This document shows positions 1 to 9,073 of a stretch of 64,000 bases of DNA, piece by piece. Position 1 is the stretch's first letter; every line of letters begins with the position of its first letter. The position numbers and the translations under genes are program-made. The notes beneath the pieces are model-generated. The model was given only the letters and a program-made list of their open reading frames with translations, was not told the DNA's origin and searched no databases. This stretch comes from a bacterium (GTDB lineage: Bacteria > UBP6 > JAFGXH01): NCBI GenBank assembly GCA_016936735.1, contig JAFGXH010000321.1, forward strand, positions 7,221 to 71,220, in the 5' to 3' direction.

Positions 1-1
1 T

Positions 2-490
2 AAAAAAAAGAGTAAAGCTAAATATAAAGGATTTAGAGCAAAATGGAATATCAATTTTTTGGGTGCTACTGTTGAGGATTTTAGTATATCTTATGATGAA
101 GAGGATGAAGGGGGAAGCTCAAGTGACTCATATGCTGGAATAACATTTGGTATATTAGCAGATTTTGTTAATGTTGGAACCTCTTTAGTTGATTTTACAC
201 TTTTAAAATTAGGATTTAACCTCACAACATTTGGTTATTTTTCAGCAGTAACAGTTGGATTTGCTTCGACTAAACTAAAAATAGGAGATGCACGTTTAGG
301 AGTATCTTTAGGGCCACTTTTTGGTGATATGCAGATATATTTTTTGAATTCAAATATATTAGTATCTATTGCAACAGTAGATTTTTCAATACTTTTAAAT
401 AGTAAAAGTTTTGATACAAAAATTGGTGTTTGTATTGATGATAATGGAATAGGATTTTTATTTCAAGCTGGAATGAGTTTTAATTTCTAA
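2..490 (+). CDS. Outer-membrane beta-barrel-like protein, 5' partial. It is a paralog of the C-terminal domain of the next gene.
   Basis: The reading frame is open all the way to the window edge, with no upstream stop in frame. The ORF track begins it at a TTG at position 59. The C-terminus ends in ...GMSFNF, an aromatic terminal residue typical of OMPs. It shares the motif GPLFGD..YFLNSN with residues ~290-305 of the 508..1548 product. Confidence 0.4.
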   Translation, partial: KKKSKAKYKGFRAKWNINFLGATVEDFSISYDEEDEGGSSSDSYAGITFGILADFVNVGTSLVDFTLLKLGFNLTTFGYFSAVTVGFASTKLKIGDARLGVSLGPLFGDMQIYFLNSNILVSIATVDFSILLNSKSFDTKIGVCIDDNGIGFLFQAGMSFNF

Positions 491-507
491 TAACTAAAGG
501 ATAAAAC

Positions 508-1548
508 ATGAAGATTCTAATTTTTATATTACTCATAATCTTTTCAAGCACTATTTTTGCAAAAAATAGTGGTGTTATGCTTAAAATTTTTCAGAAAGAG
601 ACAAATCTTAATGAATCAACTCAACATATTATAAGATTAGGAGTTTCTGAAATATTAACATCAAATCAATATTTTCTTATTGATGAACAGTCTCAAGAGG
701 AGGCTTTGAAAGAGCAATCTGAACAAAGAGAGAAGGGGTGTTTTGATGAAAGCTGTTTAGTTGATACAGGAAAAATGCTTGCAGCAAACAAAATATTAAT
801 GGTTGAGTTGTCCCCTATTGGCCAAAATATACTTTTTGCTATTAAATTTATTGATGTTGAAACTGGTTCTATTATAAAAACCTCCTCTACAATATTCAAA
901 GGAGATATTTCTGACTCCGAATCTCTTTTAAATTTTTCAAAAGAGGTCTCTATAGCGATATTTAACTCAAACAAATCTAACAATTCAACACAAATTAATA
1001 AAACTCCAAAAGAACAAAAAATAGAGTCTAATAAAAAAGTAGAAAATATAGAATCTAACAAAAAAGATGATGATTGGGATAGTGAATTCTATTTTGATTG
1101 GTTAAAACTATCTTTAAGCTCAGATTTAGCATATTTTAGTAATGGAGCTTACGATTATTATGATGATTATGAATATACAGCCGAAATTTTTGCTGCTATG
1201 GTTGGATTAGGATTAGAGTTTTTTATTATAGAGGGGGATTGGTATAAAATATCTCTTTTTAGCATAAATATATCTTTGGGAGCATCTAATGAGAGTGCAA
1301 TAACATTAGTTTCTGGAAGTGTTTTAAAAACTCTTATTATCTCTGGCAAATTTAGTTTTGGAATATCAATTGGACCACTATTAGGTGATGCATTTTTTCT
1401 AAATTCAAATGGTTTTGAGACTGCATCAGGATTTACAACTGAAATTGGATATAATTTGAATAAACACCTTAAACTTAAATTAAACTTAGCTCCACCAGTA
1501 TTTGAACAGGATCAAATGTATAAACTAGGAATTGTTTATAATTTCTAA
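508..1548 (+). CDS. Secreted or outer-membrane protein. It has an N-terminal signal peptide, a globular N-domain and a C-terminal beta-barrel-like domain ending in F.
   Basis: The start is MKILIFILLIIFSSTIFA followed by a charged mature N-terminus. The C-terminal 150 aa show alternating hydrophobic residues and end in ...GIVYNF. That domain is paralogous to the preceding ORF. Confidence 0.5.
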   Translation: MKILIFILLIIFSSTIFAKNSGVMLKIFQKETNLNESTQHIIRLGVSEILTSNQYFLIDEQSQEEALKEQSEQREKGCFDESCLVDTGKMLAANKILMVELSPIGQNILFAIKFIDVETGSIIKTSSTIFKGDISDSESLLNFSKEVSIAIFNSNKSNNSTQINKTPKEQKIESNKKVENIESNKKDDDWDSEFYFDWLKLSLSSDLAYFSNGAYDYYDDYEYTAEIFAAMVGLGLEFFIIEGDWYKISLFSINISLGASNESAITLVSGSVLKTLIISGKFSFGISIGPLLGDAFFLNSNGFETASGFTTEIGYNLNKHLKLKLNLAPPVFEQDQMYKLGIVYNF

Positions 1549-1563
1549 TTTAAAGGAAAGTAG

Positions 1564-1875
1564 ATGAAAAAAAAATGGAAAATTATTAAAAGGGTTATTA
1601 TTCCATTTTTAATAATTTTGGTATTAATACCTATTTTTAAAAATAATAACCACAATATGCTATTTAAATATCTCTCTTATGAGGAGGAGTTTTCTGTTAG
1701 AGGTGTAATTCTATACTCCTTTATATTGGGAGTTTTTATCTCTTTAATATTTACACTACCATCTTTGATTATTTTTAAAATTAAATTAAAAAAGATTCAA
1801 GAGGAGTTAGATCAACTTTCCGACAAAAAAGCAATGGATGAGTCTGTTTTAGATAATGATGAAAAAATTGAATAG
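1564..1875 (+). CDS. Small two-TM inner-membrane protein with a C-terminal coiled coil. It is LapA/DUF1049-like.
   Basis: It is 103 aa with two hydrophobic helices, then KIKLKKIQEELDQLSDKK. The architecture is typical of lipopolysaccharide assembly protein A family members. This is an inference from architecture only. Confidence 0.3.
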   Translation: MKKKWKIIKRVIIPFLIILVLIPIFKNNNHNMLFKYLSYEEEFSVRGVILYSFILGVFISLIFTLPSLIIFKIKLKKIQEELDQLSDKKAMDESVLDNDEKIE

Positions 1876-1885
1876 TATAGCTTTA

Positions 1886-2278
1886 TTATCCAAAAGCGAT
1901 TGTTTTATCAGGATTGCTAACAATCTCTTTCCAAGCAGATAAAAGCTCCTCAAATATTTGAATACTATTAGTAAGACCAGATGAATCTTTTTTTATATTT
2001 GCTCGAATAAGCTCCTGCATACAGAAATCATATAAACGATAGAGATTCTCTGCTATCTCTCCTCCAGCCTCAAAATTAAGGGTTATTTGAAGCTCATTTA
2101 CAATACGTTGAGCCTTTATTATAGATTCATTAGCCTTTTCTATATTCTTTTGTTCAATATAGATAATTCCCTGATTCATAAATCTAATGGCTCCCTCATA
2201 AAGCATAACAATCATTTCTCCTTGAGAAGCACCCTCAATACGGTTCTCCTGATATTTTTGATAAGGATTTAGTGCCAT
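1886..2278 (-). CDS. fliS: Flagellar export chaperone FliS
   Basis: It starts MALNPYQKYQENRIEGASQGEMIVMLYEGAIRF, which is the FliS N-terminal signature (NPY..Y....V.TASP.ELI.MLYDGAI). It is about 130 aa and lies immediately downstream of fliD. Confidence 0.85.
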   Translation of the reverse strand: MALNPYQKYQENRIEGASQGEMIVMLYEGAIRFMNQGIIYIEQKNIEKANESIIKAQRIVNELQITLNFEAGGEIAENLYRLYDFCMQELIRANIKKDSSGLTNSIQIFEELLSAWKEIVSNPDKTIAFG

Positions 2279-2308
2279 ATCTTATCTCCTTAAAAGCTAT
2301 TAATCTCT

Positions 2309-5300
2309 TTATGATAATCCCATTTGAGCAAGAAAATTTGTTGAATCTGATTGAATCTTACTCAATTGAGCCTCCATTGTTGCAAATTGGTTATAAAGAG
2401 CAGCCTCTTTTTGTTCATTTCTTGTTTGATAATACTCAATCTGCTCATATAAACTTACCAACTCTTTATCAATTGTTCCATTAACAACAGTTGCCTCTTT
2501 TAGTATTCCACCTCTTTTAACATAATCATTGATTTTATTATCAATAACACGAGCAATTCCTGAATCATATTGAGGATTTGTCTCTGAATTATTAGCAAAA
2601 AGACGATAAACCTCATAACTATTCTCTTTTAAATTTGTTAAAAGAGTGTTATTCTCTTTAAGAGTTTTTAATATTGATTCTCTATATTCATCACTATCAA
2701 CACCATCATCTTTTCCAAATAAAAGATAACCAGCTTTAGCATCATCATTAGAACCTGTTGAGGCAACTTTTAAACCAATAACATCTAAAGATGAAAACTC
2801 ATCAGGCATTCCCCCTCTTATACTTGTTACTGCTTGACGCATATATGATCCAAAATCTTGAAATGTTTTCTCTTTAAAAATTATATTATACTCATTATAC
2901 ATTTTAAAATAGGTATTATAATCCTCTATCTCTGTATATGTCATATTATTCATATCATCACTTGAAAGAGGATTTAGATATTTTTTCTGTTCAGAACTTA
3001 ATTTATCTGGATTTAAGCGAGTCATCAAATCATTATATCCAACAACAAAATCTGCTATCTCCTCTAAAACTTTGTCTGTATCAACCTGAATATCAAGTGT
3101 TACATTTGTTTCACTAACTCCATTAAGTTGAAATGACACATCTTTAATAACATCATCAATATCATTTGTTGAGCGAACATAAGAGACTCCATCAACCATG
3201 AAATTGGCATCTTTTCCTGCTACTCCAATCTCCTCATAAAGAGAACTAACACCATATTCAGCAAAAGCAGATGAAGCAACTGTGCCAGAAACATCTGTTA
3301 TCTGAAACTTTCCAGCAATTCCTGCTGTTTCTGATTCAAATTTGATTCCACCTAATCCATCAGCCTGAACAGAGAGACCACTTCCACCAAAATCAAATTT
3401 CCAAGAGATATCATATGCAATACTTAAAGAGTTATATATAGCTGAAGCAGTATCTGATGTGTTATCACTTTGAGTTACTCCACTTCCAAGACCAATTTGA
3501 GATATATCACTACCAGTATCATTAAAAATAGTAAAAGAGGCTGCAGCCCCTCCTGAAGAGTTAAAAAGACGAACTGATTCCCCTTCTCCTCCCAACATTT
3601 TTACCTGAACATTTGTAGAACTTCCTCCAAGAGTTGTCCAATTTGCTGTATTATTCCACTCCCTTATTAAATCATCTTTACTATATATTGTTTTTCCAGA
3701 GTTATTTGTCCATCTATAACCAGTTGAACCATCTGTTCCAGCCATAATAATAAAACTGGTTCCAGAGGTTATTCCCGTTGTAAAATCAAGATCTAAAAGC
3801 TCTGTATAGGCACCAGTTCCATTTGTTGCAGATAATGTGATATCAGTATTCACTCCACTTGCACCAAAATTTATAGTACTACCTGCAAAATTACCACTTA
3901 TTGATGAAAAATCACCATCTAAAGTTGATTTTTTAGAACTAATATTCATAACCTCTAAAAAGTTTGATGTATCATATGATGAACCAATTGTTACTCTTTT
4001 TTGATTTGTATCTACATCTCCCATTTTTGAGTATAGTAGAAATTGGTCTGTACTAGTATCATAAGATGCTATAACTCCTGCAGAGGAGTTATTTATTTTC
4101 TCAATAACTCCATTTAATGAGTCATTTTGATTAACATATATAGAGACTCCATTTATAGAGAATGTTCCATTTGAGACAGTTGCTCCTAAATTTGCTAGAT
4201 ATAAAGCCTTATTTGTATCTATTGAAGAGGTAGATGATGAGTTATAGGCTGTACCACCACTTGATAATGAGAGTTTTGTTGATGTTAAAAAATTTGAGTT
4301 ATCTGAATTAGCTCCTAATGATATTGCACTATTTGTTGTGTTTGAAGTTAACATAAATCTATCATTTATTGAATCATAAGTTGCTGTAACTCCAGCTTTT
4401 GAGCCATTTATCATTGCTAAAGCATCATTCATTGTGATGTTATCAATATCATTCAATGTTATTGCTACATTATTTATTGTGAATGTTGCACTTTTTTTAC
4501 CATCAGCACCAACAACACCTGTAATTGGTGCCTTAATACCACTATTATTCAGACCTGTTGTAAATAGGTTTATAGTTCCTGTTGCAACATCACTCCCCCC
4601 CTGAATTTTAGATTTTGTAATTGGAGTAGGATTAAGTGTTGATGAAATAACAGTTTCAAAACTCCCTTGCTTAAGAGATGATAAAGTTCTTATAGAATAA
4701 CCATTTAAAAAACTATTATTATTCATTGTTGTTCTAAGAGAATCAAAATCTAATGCTGTTATTTTTTTCTGAATAGAGTTTACAGTTTGAGATGTTGTAT
4801 TAGTTAAACCAAGAGCACTATTCGCAAGATCTCCACCACCATCATTATTTATTTTAACATAAGAGTTGCTATCCTCTGCAACATTATAAAAGGATAATGA
4901 GGCATTATTCGAACCATCTGGATTTGATGACTCAAGCATAACATAGGTTTTATTTTCTGTTCCAAAATGTGAATTAAGTTCACTATTTATTTTCTGCTGA
5001 ATCTCATCTGTTACAGAGGAGATTTTACTACTATTTGCTTGATAAAATCCTAACTCTATATCAAATGTATAATCACCATAACTTATATTAAGTCTATTAT
5101 TAGATCTATTGATATTTGTTCCAATAGTCTGTTCTGTTGTTCCCTCTAAAGATGTTCCAGATGTTTTTTGAATAATCCCCTTTTTATCAAGGGTTAATGT
5201 AGAGGTTGCTTCAACATAACTTGATTTATCTTCAAGATCTATTTTATATTTTCCCTCTATATTATATCTTGAGTTTCCATAAACAGAGGATGCTCCAGAT

Positions 5301-5665
5301 GTATTTGTTTCTGTTATAAACTTCATTTTTGATATACTATTTTTTCCCCATGCAGACTCTGCCAACTGTGAAACTCTCATTGAGTATGTTTTTGAAGAGG
5401 CATTTACACCAGCTGAACCAGTTAAAACAGAACTATTTGAACTTGTTGTCTTTTTTGTTTGAAAAGTAGACTCTAATTTTAGCTTTAAAAGTGTCTTCTG
5501 AAATGACTCCATTTGAGAGGAGACACTTTTATAAACATCCTTTTTTAGAGAAACTAATTTTGTTTTATCCTCAAGACGACTTACAGATTGCTTCTCTATT
5601 TTCATCAAATCTGTAATTAATCCTTGAATATCCATTCCAGATGCAAGACCTGTAATTTGAGTCAT
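2309..5665 (-). CDS. fliD: Flagellar filament cap protein FliD (hook-associated protein 2), giant 1118-aa form
   Basis: The N-terminus MTQITGLASGMDIQGLITDLMKIEKQSV and the C-terminus ...YNQFATMEAQLSKIQSDSTNFLAQM match the conserved FliD terminal coiled-coil segments. It has a very long G/S/T/N-rich central region. Gene order fliD-fliS supports the call. Confidence 0.8.
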   Translation of the reverse strand: MTQITGLASGMDIQGLITDLMKIEKQSVSRLEDKTKLVSLKKDVYKSVSSQMESFQKTLLKLKLESTFQTKKTTSSNSSVLTGSAGVNASSKTYSMRVSQLAESAWGKNSISKMKFITETNTSGASSVYGNSRYNIEGKYKIDLEDKSSYVEATSTLTLDKKGIIQKTSGTSLEGTTEQTIGTNINRSNNRLNISYGDYTFDIELGFYQANSSKISSVTDEIQQKINSELNSHFGTENKTYVMLESSNPDGSNNASLSFYNVAEDSNSYVKINNDGGGDLANSALGLTNTTSQTVNSIQKKITALDFDSLRTTMNNNSFLNGYSIRTLSSLKQGSFETVISSTLNPTPITKSKIQGGSDVATGTINLFTTGLNNSGIKAPITGVVGADGKKSATFTINNVAITLNDIDNITMNDALAMINGSKAGVTATYDSINDRFMLTSNTTNSAISLGANSDNSNFLTSTKLSLSSGGTAYNSSSTSSIDTNKALYLANLGATVSNGTFSINGVSIYVNQNDSLNGVIEKINNSSAGVIASYDTSTDQFLLYSKMGDVDTNQKRVTIGSSYDTSNFLEVMNISSKKSTLDGDFSSISGNFAGSTINFGASGVNTDITLSATNGTGAYTELLDLDFTTGITSGTSFIIMAGTDGSTGYRWTNNSGKTIYSKDDLIREWNNTANWTTLGGSSTNVQVKMLGGEGESVRLFNSSGGAAASFTIFNDTGSDISQIGLGSGVTQSDNTSDTASAIYNSLSIAYDISWKFDFGGSGLSVQADGLGGIKFESETAGIAGKFQITDVSGTVASSAFAEYGVSSLYEEIGVAGKDANFMVDGVSYVRSTNDIDDVIKDVSFQLNGVSETNVTLDIQVDTDKVLEEIADFVVGYNDLMTRLNPDKLSSEQKKYLNPLSSDDMNNMTYTEIEDYNTYFKMYNEYNIIFKEKTFQDFGSYMRQAVTSIRGGMPDEFSSLDVIGLKVASTGSNDDAKAGYLLFGKDDGVDSDEYRESILKTLKENNTLLTNLKENSYEVYRLFANNSETNPQYDSGIARVIDNKINDYVKRGGILKEATVVNGTIDKELVSLYEQIEYYQTRNEQKEAALYNQFATMEAQLSKIQSDSTNFLAQMGLS

Positions 5666-5803
5666 AGTACCCCCTATTTAAAGTACTCTATTTTATTAAT
5701 CGACCAGTAGTATTAAAACTTAAATATCATCATTGATTTTTATAAAAGTTTATCATTTAAGATTTTTATAGTTATTATATTTTATATTTATAAAAATTAA
5801 ACT

Positions 5804-6472
5804 CTATTTTGAGATATTTTTTAATAAATCTTTTGCTTTTTTAGTGGTATCTGTATTTGGATAATTGTTAATATAATAATTTAGAGTTGATTTTGCACTT
5901 TTTAAATCATTCATTAATAGCTCTATTTTTGCTTTTTCAATAAAGGCATCATAAAAATAAAAAAGATTATAACTTCCAATTAAATAGGATGATTCCTCTG
6001 TATTAATAATCTCTTGAAGCATTAATAATGCATTATTATATGCACCAATCTCTTTATATATTAGAAATAGATTCCAATAGGCATCATCTAATAAAACCGA
6101 TTTATGATTGCCACTTTTAACTATTTGTTTATACCAAAAAATAGCTGAATAGTAGTTTGATAATCCTTTCTCTTTATAATATTGTGCTAATTCATAAAAA
6201 ACTCTCTCTTTTAAAGTATAATTACAATCTAAATCAACCAGTTTTTTAAAAAAAATAGTAGGGTCTAAATCTATTTTATATGATATTTTTCTATATTGAA
6301 AAAGTAGTTCAGTCAAAAGTTGAGAATTTTTTAAAACAATATCACTATCCTCTAAAATAGTCTCAATATTTAATATTGCCTCATTATATTTATGTTCTCT
6401 ATAAAGAGATGATATATTATTAAATATTGTTGATATTTCAATAGATAAGATAATAAATGATGTTAGAAACAA
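5804..6472 (-). CDS. Tetratricopeptide-repeat protein
   Basis: It has TPR-like helical repeats (AYWNLFLIYKEIGAYNNALLMLQEII and LKSAKSTLNYYINNYPNT). It lies between the DUF4388 gene and fliD on the same strand. Confidence 0.45.
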   Translation of the reverse strand: MFLTSFIILSIEISTIFNNISSLYREHKYNEAILNIETILEDSDIVLKNSQLLTELLFQYRKISYKIDLDPTIFFKKLVDLDCNYTLKERVFYELAQYYKEKGLSNYYSAIFWYKQIVKSGNHKSVLLDDAYWNLFLIYKEIGAYNNALLMLQEIINTEESSYLIGSYNLFYFYDAFIEKAKIELLMNDLKSAKSTLNYYINNYPNTDTTKKAKDLLKNISK

Positions 6473-6477
6473 ATTAA

Positions 6478-6951
6478 CTAATTTTCATTATCATCAAGTC
6501 CATCAAGACTTGTTGCATCTGGTTTTATTAAATCAAAATCCAGACTCTCTCCAAACTCTTTAGGAGTCTCAAAAGCATCCTCAATACTCTCTTTTATAAA
6601 CTCTTTCTCTTGATTTAATTTTTTGTTATCAATATATTCAGCAGCCTCAAGTAGAAGATTTCCTAAATCAATAACATTTTTATTTAGATTTTTTTCAAAA
6701 TGAATCTCTTTAAATGTTCCATTTTCCCAAGACATCATCTCAAAAAAAGAGTCTTTTCCTGTTTTTCCATCTGAAGATTTTGCAAAAACAACTTTACCAT
6801 TCTGAATTTGAATTACACCAAGATGCTTTCCACTTCTTATTTCAATAATTTTATTTTTATGTGTCATCATAATGAGCTGCATATAGTCGAATAGGGATAT
6901 CCCTGTTATAGTTGCAGAAAAGCCTTCAAAAGGAGAATGATTTGGTGCCAT
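6478..6951 (-). CDS. DUF4388 (PATAN-associated) domain protein
   Basis: The pattern GISLFDYMQLIMMTHKNKIIEIRSGKHLGVIQIQNGKVVFAKSSDGKTGKDSFFEMMSWENGTFKE matches the DUF4388 consensus (G.L..F.L.DLLQ.L....KTG.L........G.I....G.IV.A.....G..A...LL.W..G.F.F). It has an acidic C-tail. Confidence 0.6.
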   Translation of the reverse strand: MAPNHSPFEGFSATITGISLFDYMQLIMMTHKNKIIEIRSGKHLGVIQIQNGKVVFAKSSDGKTGKDSFFEMMSWENGTFKEIHFEKNLNKNVIDLGNLLLEAAEYIDNKKLNQEKEFIKESIEDAFETPKEFGESLDFDLIKPDATSLDGLDDNEN

Positions 6952-7259
6952 TCAATAACTCCTAAATATCAAGAATGATAACACAGAATATTTTTAATTG
7001 TCAACTTATTGATGTTGTAAATTTATACTATTACTATTTTGATAGATAAATAATACTATTTATCTATCATATTTTTTTAATAAAAAACTACTAAAATCTT
7101 TCATTATTTTGAAAAGATAATAAAAAATTAATTATCTTTAATATTAACTAGATTCGGATTATTATTTAAAAACTATAATAATCTAAACCCATTCTATATT
7201 TTTATTGAAATAAAAGAATAAAAATTATAAATAATAACTATACTACCTTAGGAGTAAAA

Positions 7260-8222
7260 ATGAGAACCATAATAATATTATTAACAACTCTACTATTATC
7301 ACCTCCTTTAATTTCAGAAGAGATTGTAAAATTTAAATCACCTCAATTTGAAAAAGCAATAAAAATATCATTAAAAAAAGGGAAAAATGATAAAATAACA
7401 AAAGAGGATGTATTAAAAACTAAAATACTTCTTTTAGCTTTTAAAAATTTGAAAACAATTGATGATATATCAATGTTTGAAAATGCTGAAATTGTTTATC
7501 TTCACAAAAATAAAATAGTGGATATATCTCCTTTAAAAAATTTAACAAAAATAAAAGAGCTTGATCTTTTAGGTAATAAAATAGTAGACATATCTCCGCT
7601 TGAGAATCTGATAAATTTAGAGATTCTAAATTTTGCTGAAAATAGAGTTACAGATATAACAAAACTATCAAAATTAGTAAAATTAACTGATCTATATATT
7701 AGCAATAATAAAATAAAAGATATATCAGTTTTAAAATATTTTACAAATCTTAAACAACTATATAGTATAGATAATTTGATAGTCGATATCTCATCTATAG
7801 AGTTTTGTAAAAATTTAGAACAGCTCTATCTTGATAACAATCCTATTAATAATATAACAGCTCTACAAAACTTAAAAAATTTATCTACTTTATCCCTAAA
7901 TAGTAGTAGAGTAGAGGATTTTTCAATAATTAAAGCACTAAAATCTTTAAGAACAGTATATTTGAAAAATCTAAAAATAGATGATATCTCTTTTTTATCT
8001 GAATTTGAACATCTTAACTCAATAAATATTTCAGATAATAATATTGTTGATTTAACTCCACTTAAAAATATAAAGTGGATAGAGTTTTTAGATATCACAA
8101 ACAATAAAGTAAAAGAGTTAACCCCTCTTAAAAACATTCCAGGAATAGATATAATTCATACTAAAGGAAATCCAATAACAGATTTTAGCCCAATTTCTCA
8201 TGCAAATCACATAACAAAATAG
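7260..8222 (+). CDS. Leucine-rich-repeat (internalin-like) secreted protein
   Basis: It has a signal peptide (MRTIIILLTTLLLSPPLISEE), then about twelve 22-residue LRR units of the form I.DISPL.NL.NL..L.L..N.I. Confidence 0.7.
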   Translation: MRTIIILLTTLLLSPPLISEEIVKFKSPQFEKAIKISLKKGKNDKITKEDVLKTKILLLAFKNLKTIDDISMFENAEIVYLHKNKIVDISPLKNLTKIKELDLLGNKIVDISPLENLINLEILNFAENRVTDITKLSKLVKLTDLYISNNKIKDISVLKYFTNLKQLYSIDNLIVDISSIEFCKNLEQLYLDNNPINNITALQNLKNLSTLSLNSSRVEDFSIIKALKSLRTVYLKNLKIDDISFLSEFEHLNSINISDNNIVDLTPLKNIKWIEFLDITNNKVKELTPLKNIPGIDIIHTKGNPITDFSPISHANHITK

Positions 8223-8275
8223 TTTTAATGAAAATAAATTTAACAAAAAAATTTAATAAAATCTAAGATAAACTA

Positions 8276-9073
8276 TTATTTAAAGTCTGAGAATTTTGAG
8301 GCTTTAAGGTAGTTGGCAATCACTTCATAAATATTTGATATATCTTTAAAAGTGTTATTTTTTAAAAAATTAATGTGTTTTTCAACAATAGAAAAATCAC
8401 CTCTTGAGACAGGACCAGTTAGATTTTGAAGGGGAGTTTCTGAATTTTTAATATTCTCTGTTGCATCCTCTAAAAGTGGTATTACAGATTTTATATCTCC
8501 ATTTGGAATTAATTTTAAGGCAATATCCATAACAGCATGAATATAATTATTTGCAAAAATAGAGGCAATATGATATAGCATCTTCTCATCTTTTTTTATA
8601 ATCTGGTAGTTTTTGGTAATATAGTTTAAAATAGGTGTTGCAATAGATATACTATTATCATCACCCTCAACTGTGAAATAGTGAGACTCTATTTTTTTTA
8701 TTGATAGCTCAATATCATCTGTAAAACTCATCATTGGATGCAATGAGATAGAGTAGTTATTATCTGTTTTTAAAACACTTGATAATATTGTACCAGATGT
8801 ATTTATCAATAACTTTCCACTTAAATCAATACTCTTTAAACACTCAAAAAGACTCTCTATCTGAGTATCTTTTACTGAAACCAATATTATATCACTTTTG
8901 ATATCTTTTATATCAAAACTAATATTTGAATTAAGCCAATAATTAGAAATCTCTATATTTTTATCTGAATTTAGAATAACTAAATCTAGATTAATATGTT
9001 TTTTTAAAAGAAAAGCTAATGGAATTCCAACTTTTCCTGCTCCTATCAATGAAAAAGATACATTATTCATCAC
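8276..9073 (-). CDS. Rossmann-fold NAD(P)-binding protein with a DUF2520-like C-terminal domain
   Basis: The N-terminus is SLIGAGKVGIPLAFLL, a GxGxxG dinucleotide-binding motif. The C-terminus has LTGPVSRGDFSIVEKH, the GP..RGD motif typical of DUF2520. Its start codon overlaps the stop of the upstream gene by 1 nt. Confidence 0.5.
   Translation of the reverse strand: MMNNVSFSLIGAGKVGIPLAFLLKKHINLDLVILNSDKNIEISNYWLNSNISFDIKDIKSDIILVSVKDTQIESLFECLKSIDLSGKLLINTSGTILSSVLKTDNNYSISLHPMMSFTDDIELSIKKIESHYFTVEGDDNSISIATPILNYITKNYQIIKKDEKMLYHIASIFANNYIHAVMDIALKLIPNGDIKSVIPLLEDATENIKNSETPLQNLTGPVSRGDFSIVEKHINFLKNNTFKDISNIYEVIANYLKASKFSDFK

Noticed and set aside
1564-1580. An A9 homopolymer in codons 2-4 of the LapA-like gene (ATGAAAAAAAAATGG), as a phase-variation site
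   Set aside because: Poly-A/T runs of 8-10 are frequent throughout this AT-rich window. They are common inside essential genes too, for example in ispH, so it is not distinctive.
5666-5803. A possible sigma-28 promoter upstream of fliD (GTTTTAAT...GTCGATTAA on the minus strand)
   Set aside because: The -35/-10 spacing is about 10-11 nt rather than the ~15 of the TAAA-N15-GCCGATAA consensus. The match is too weak to list as a feature.
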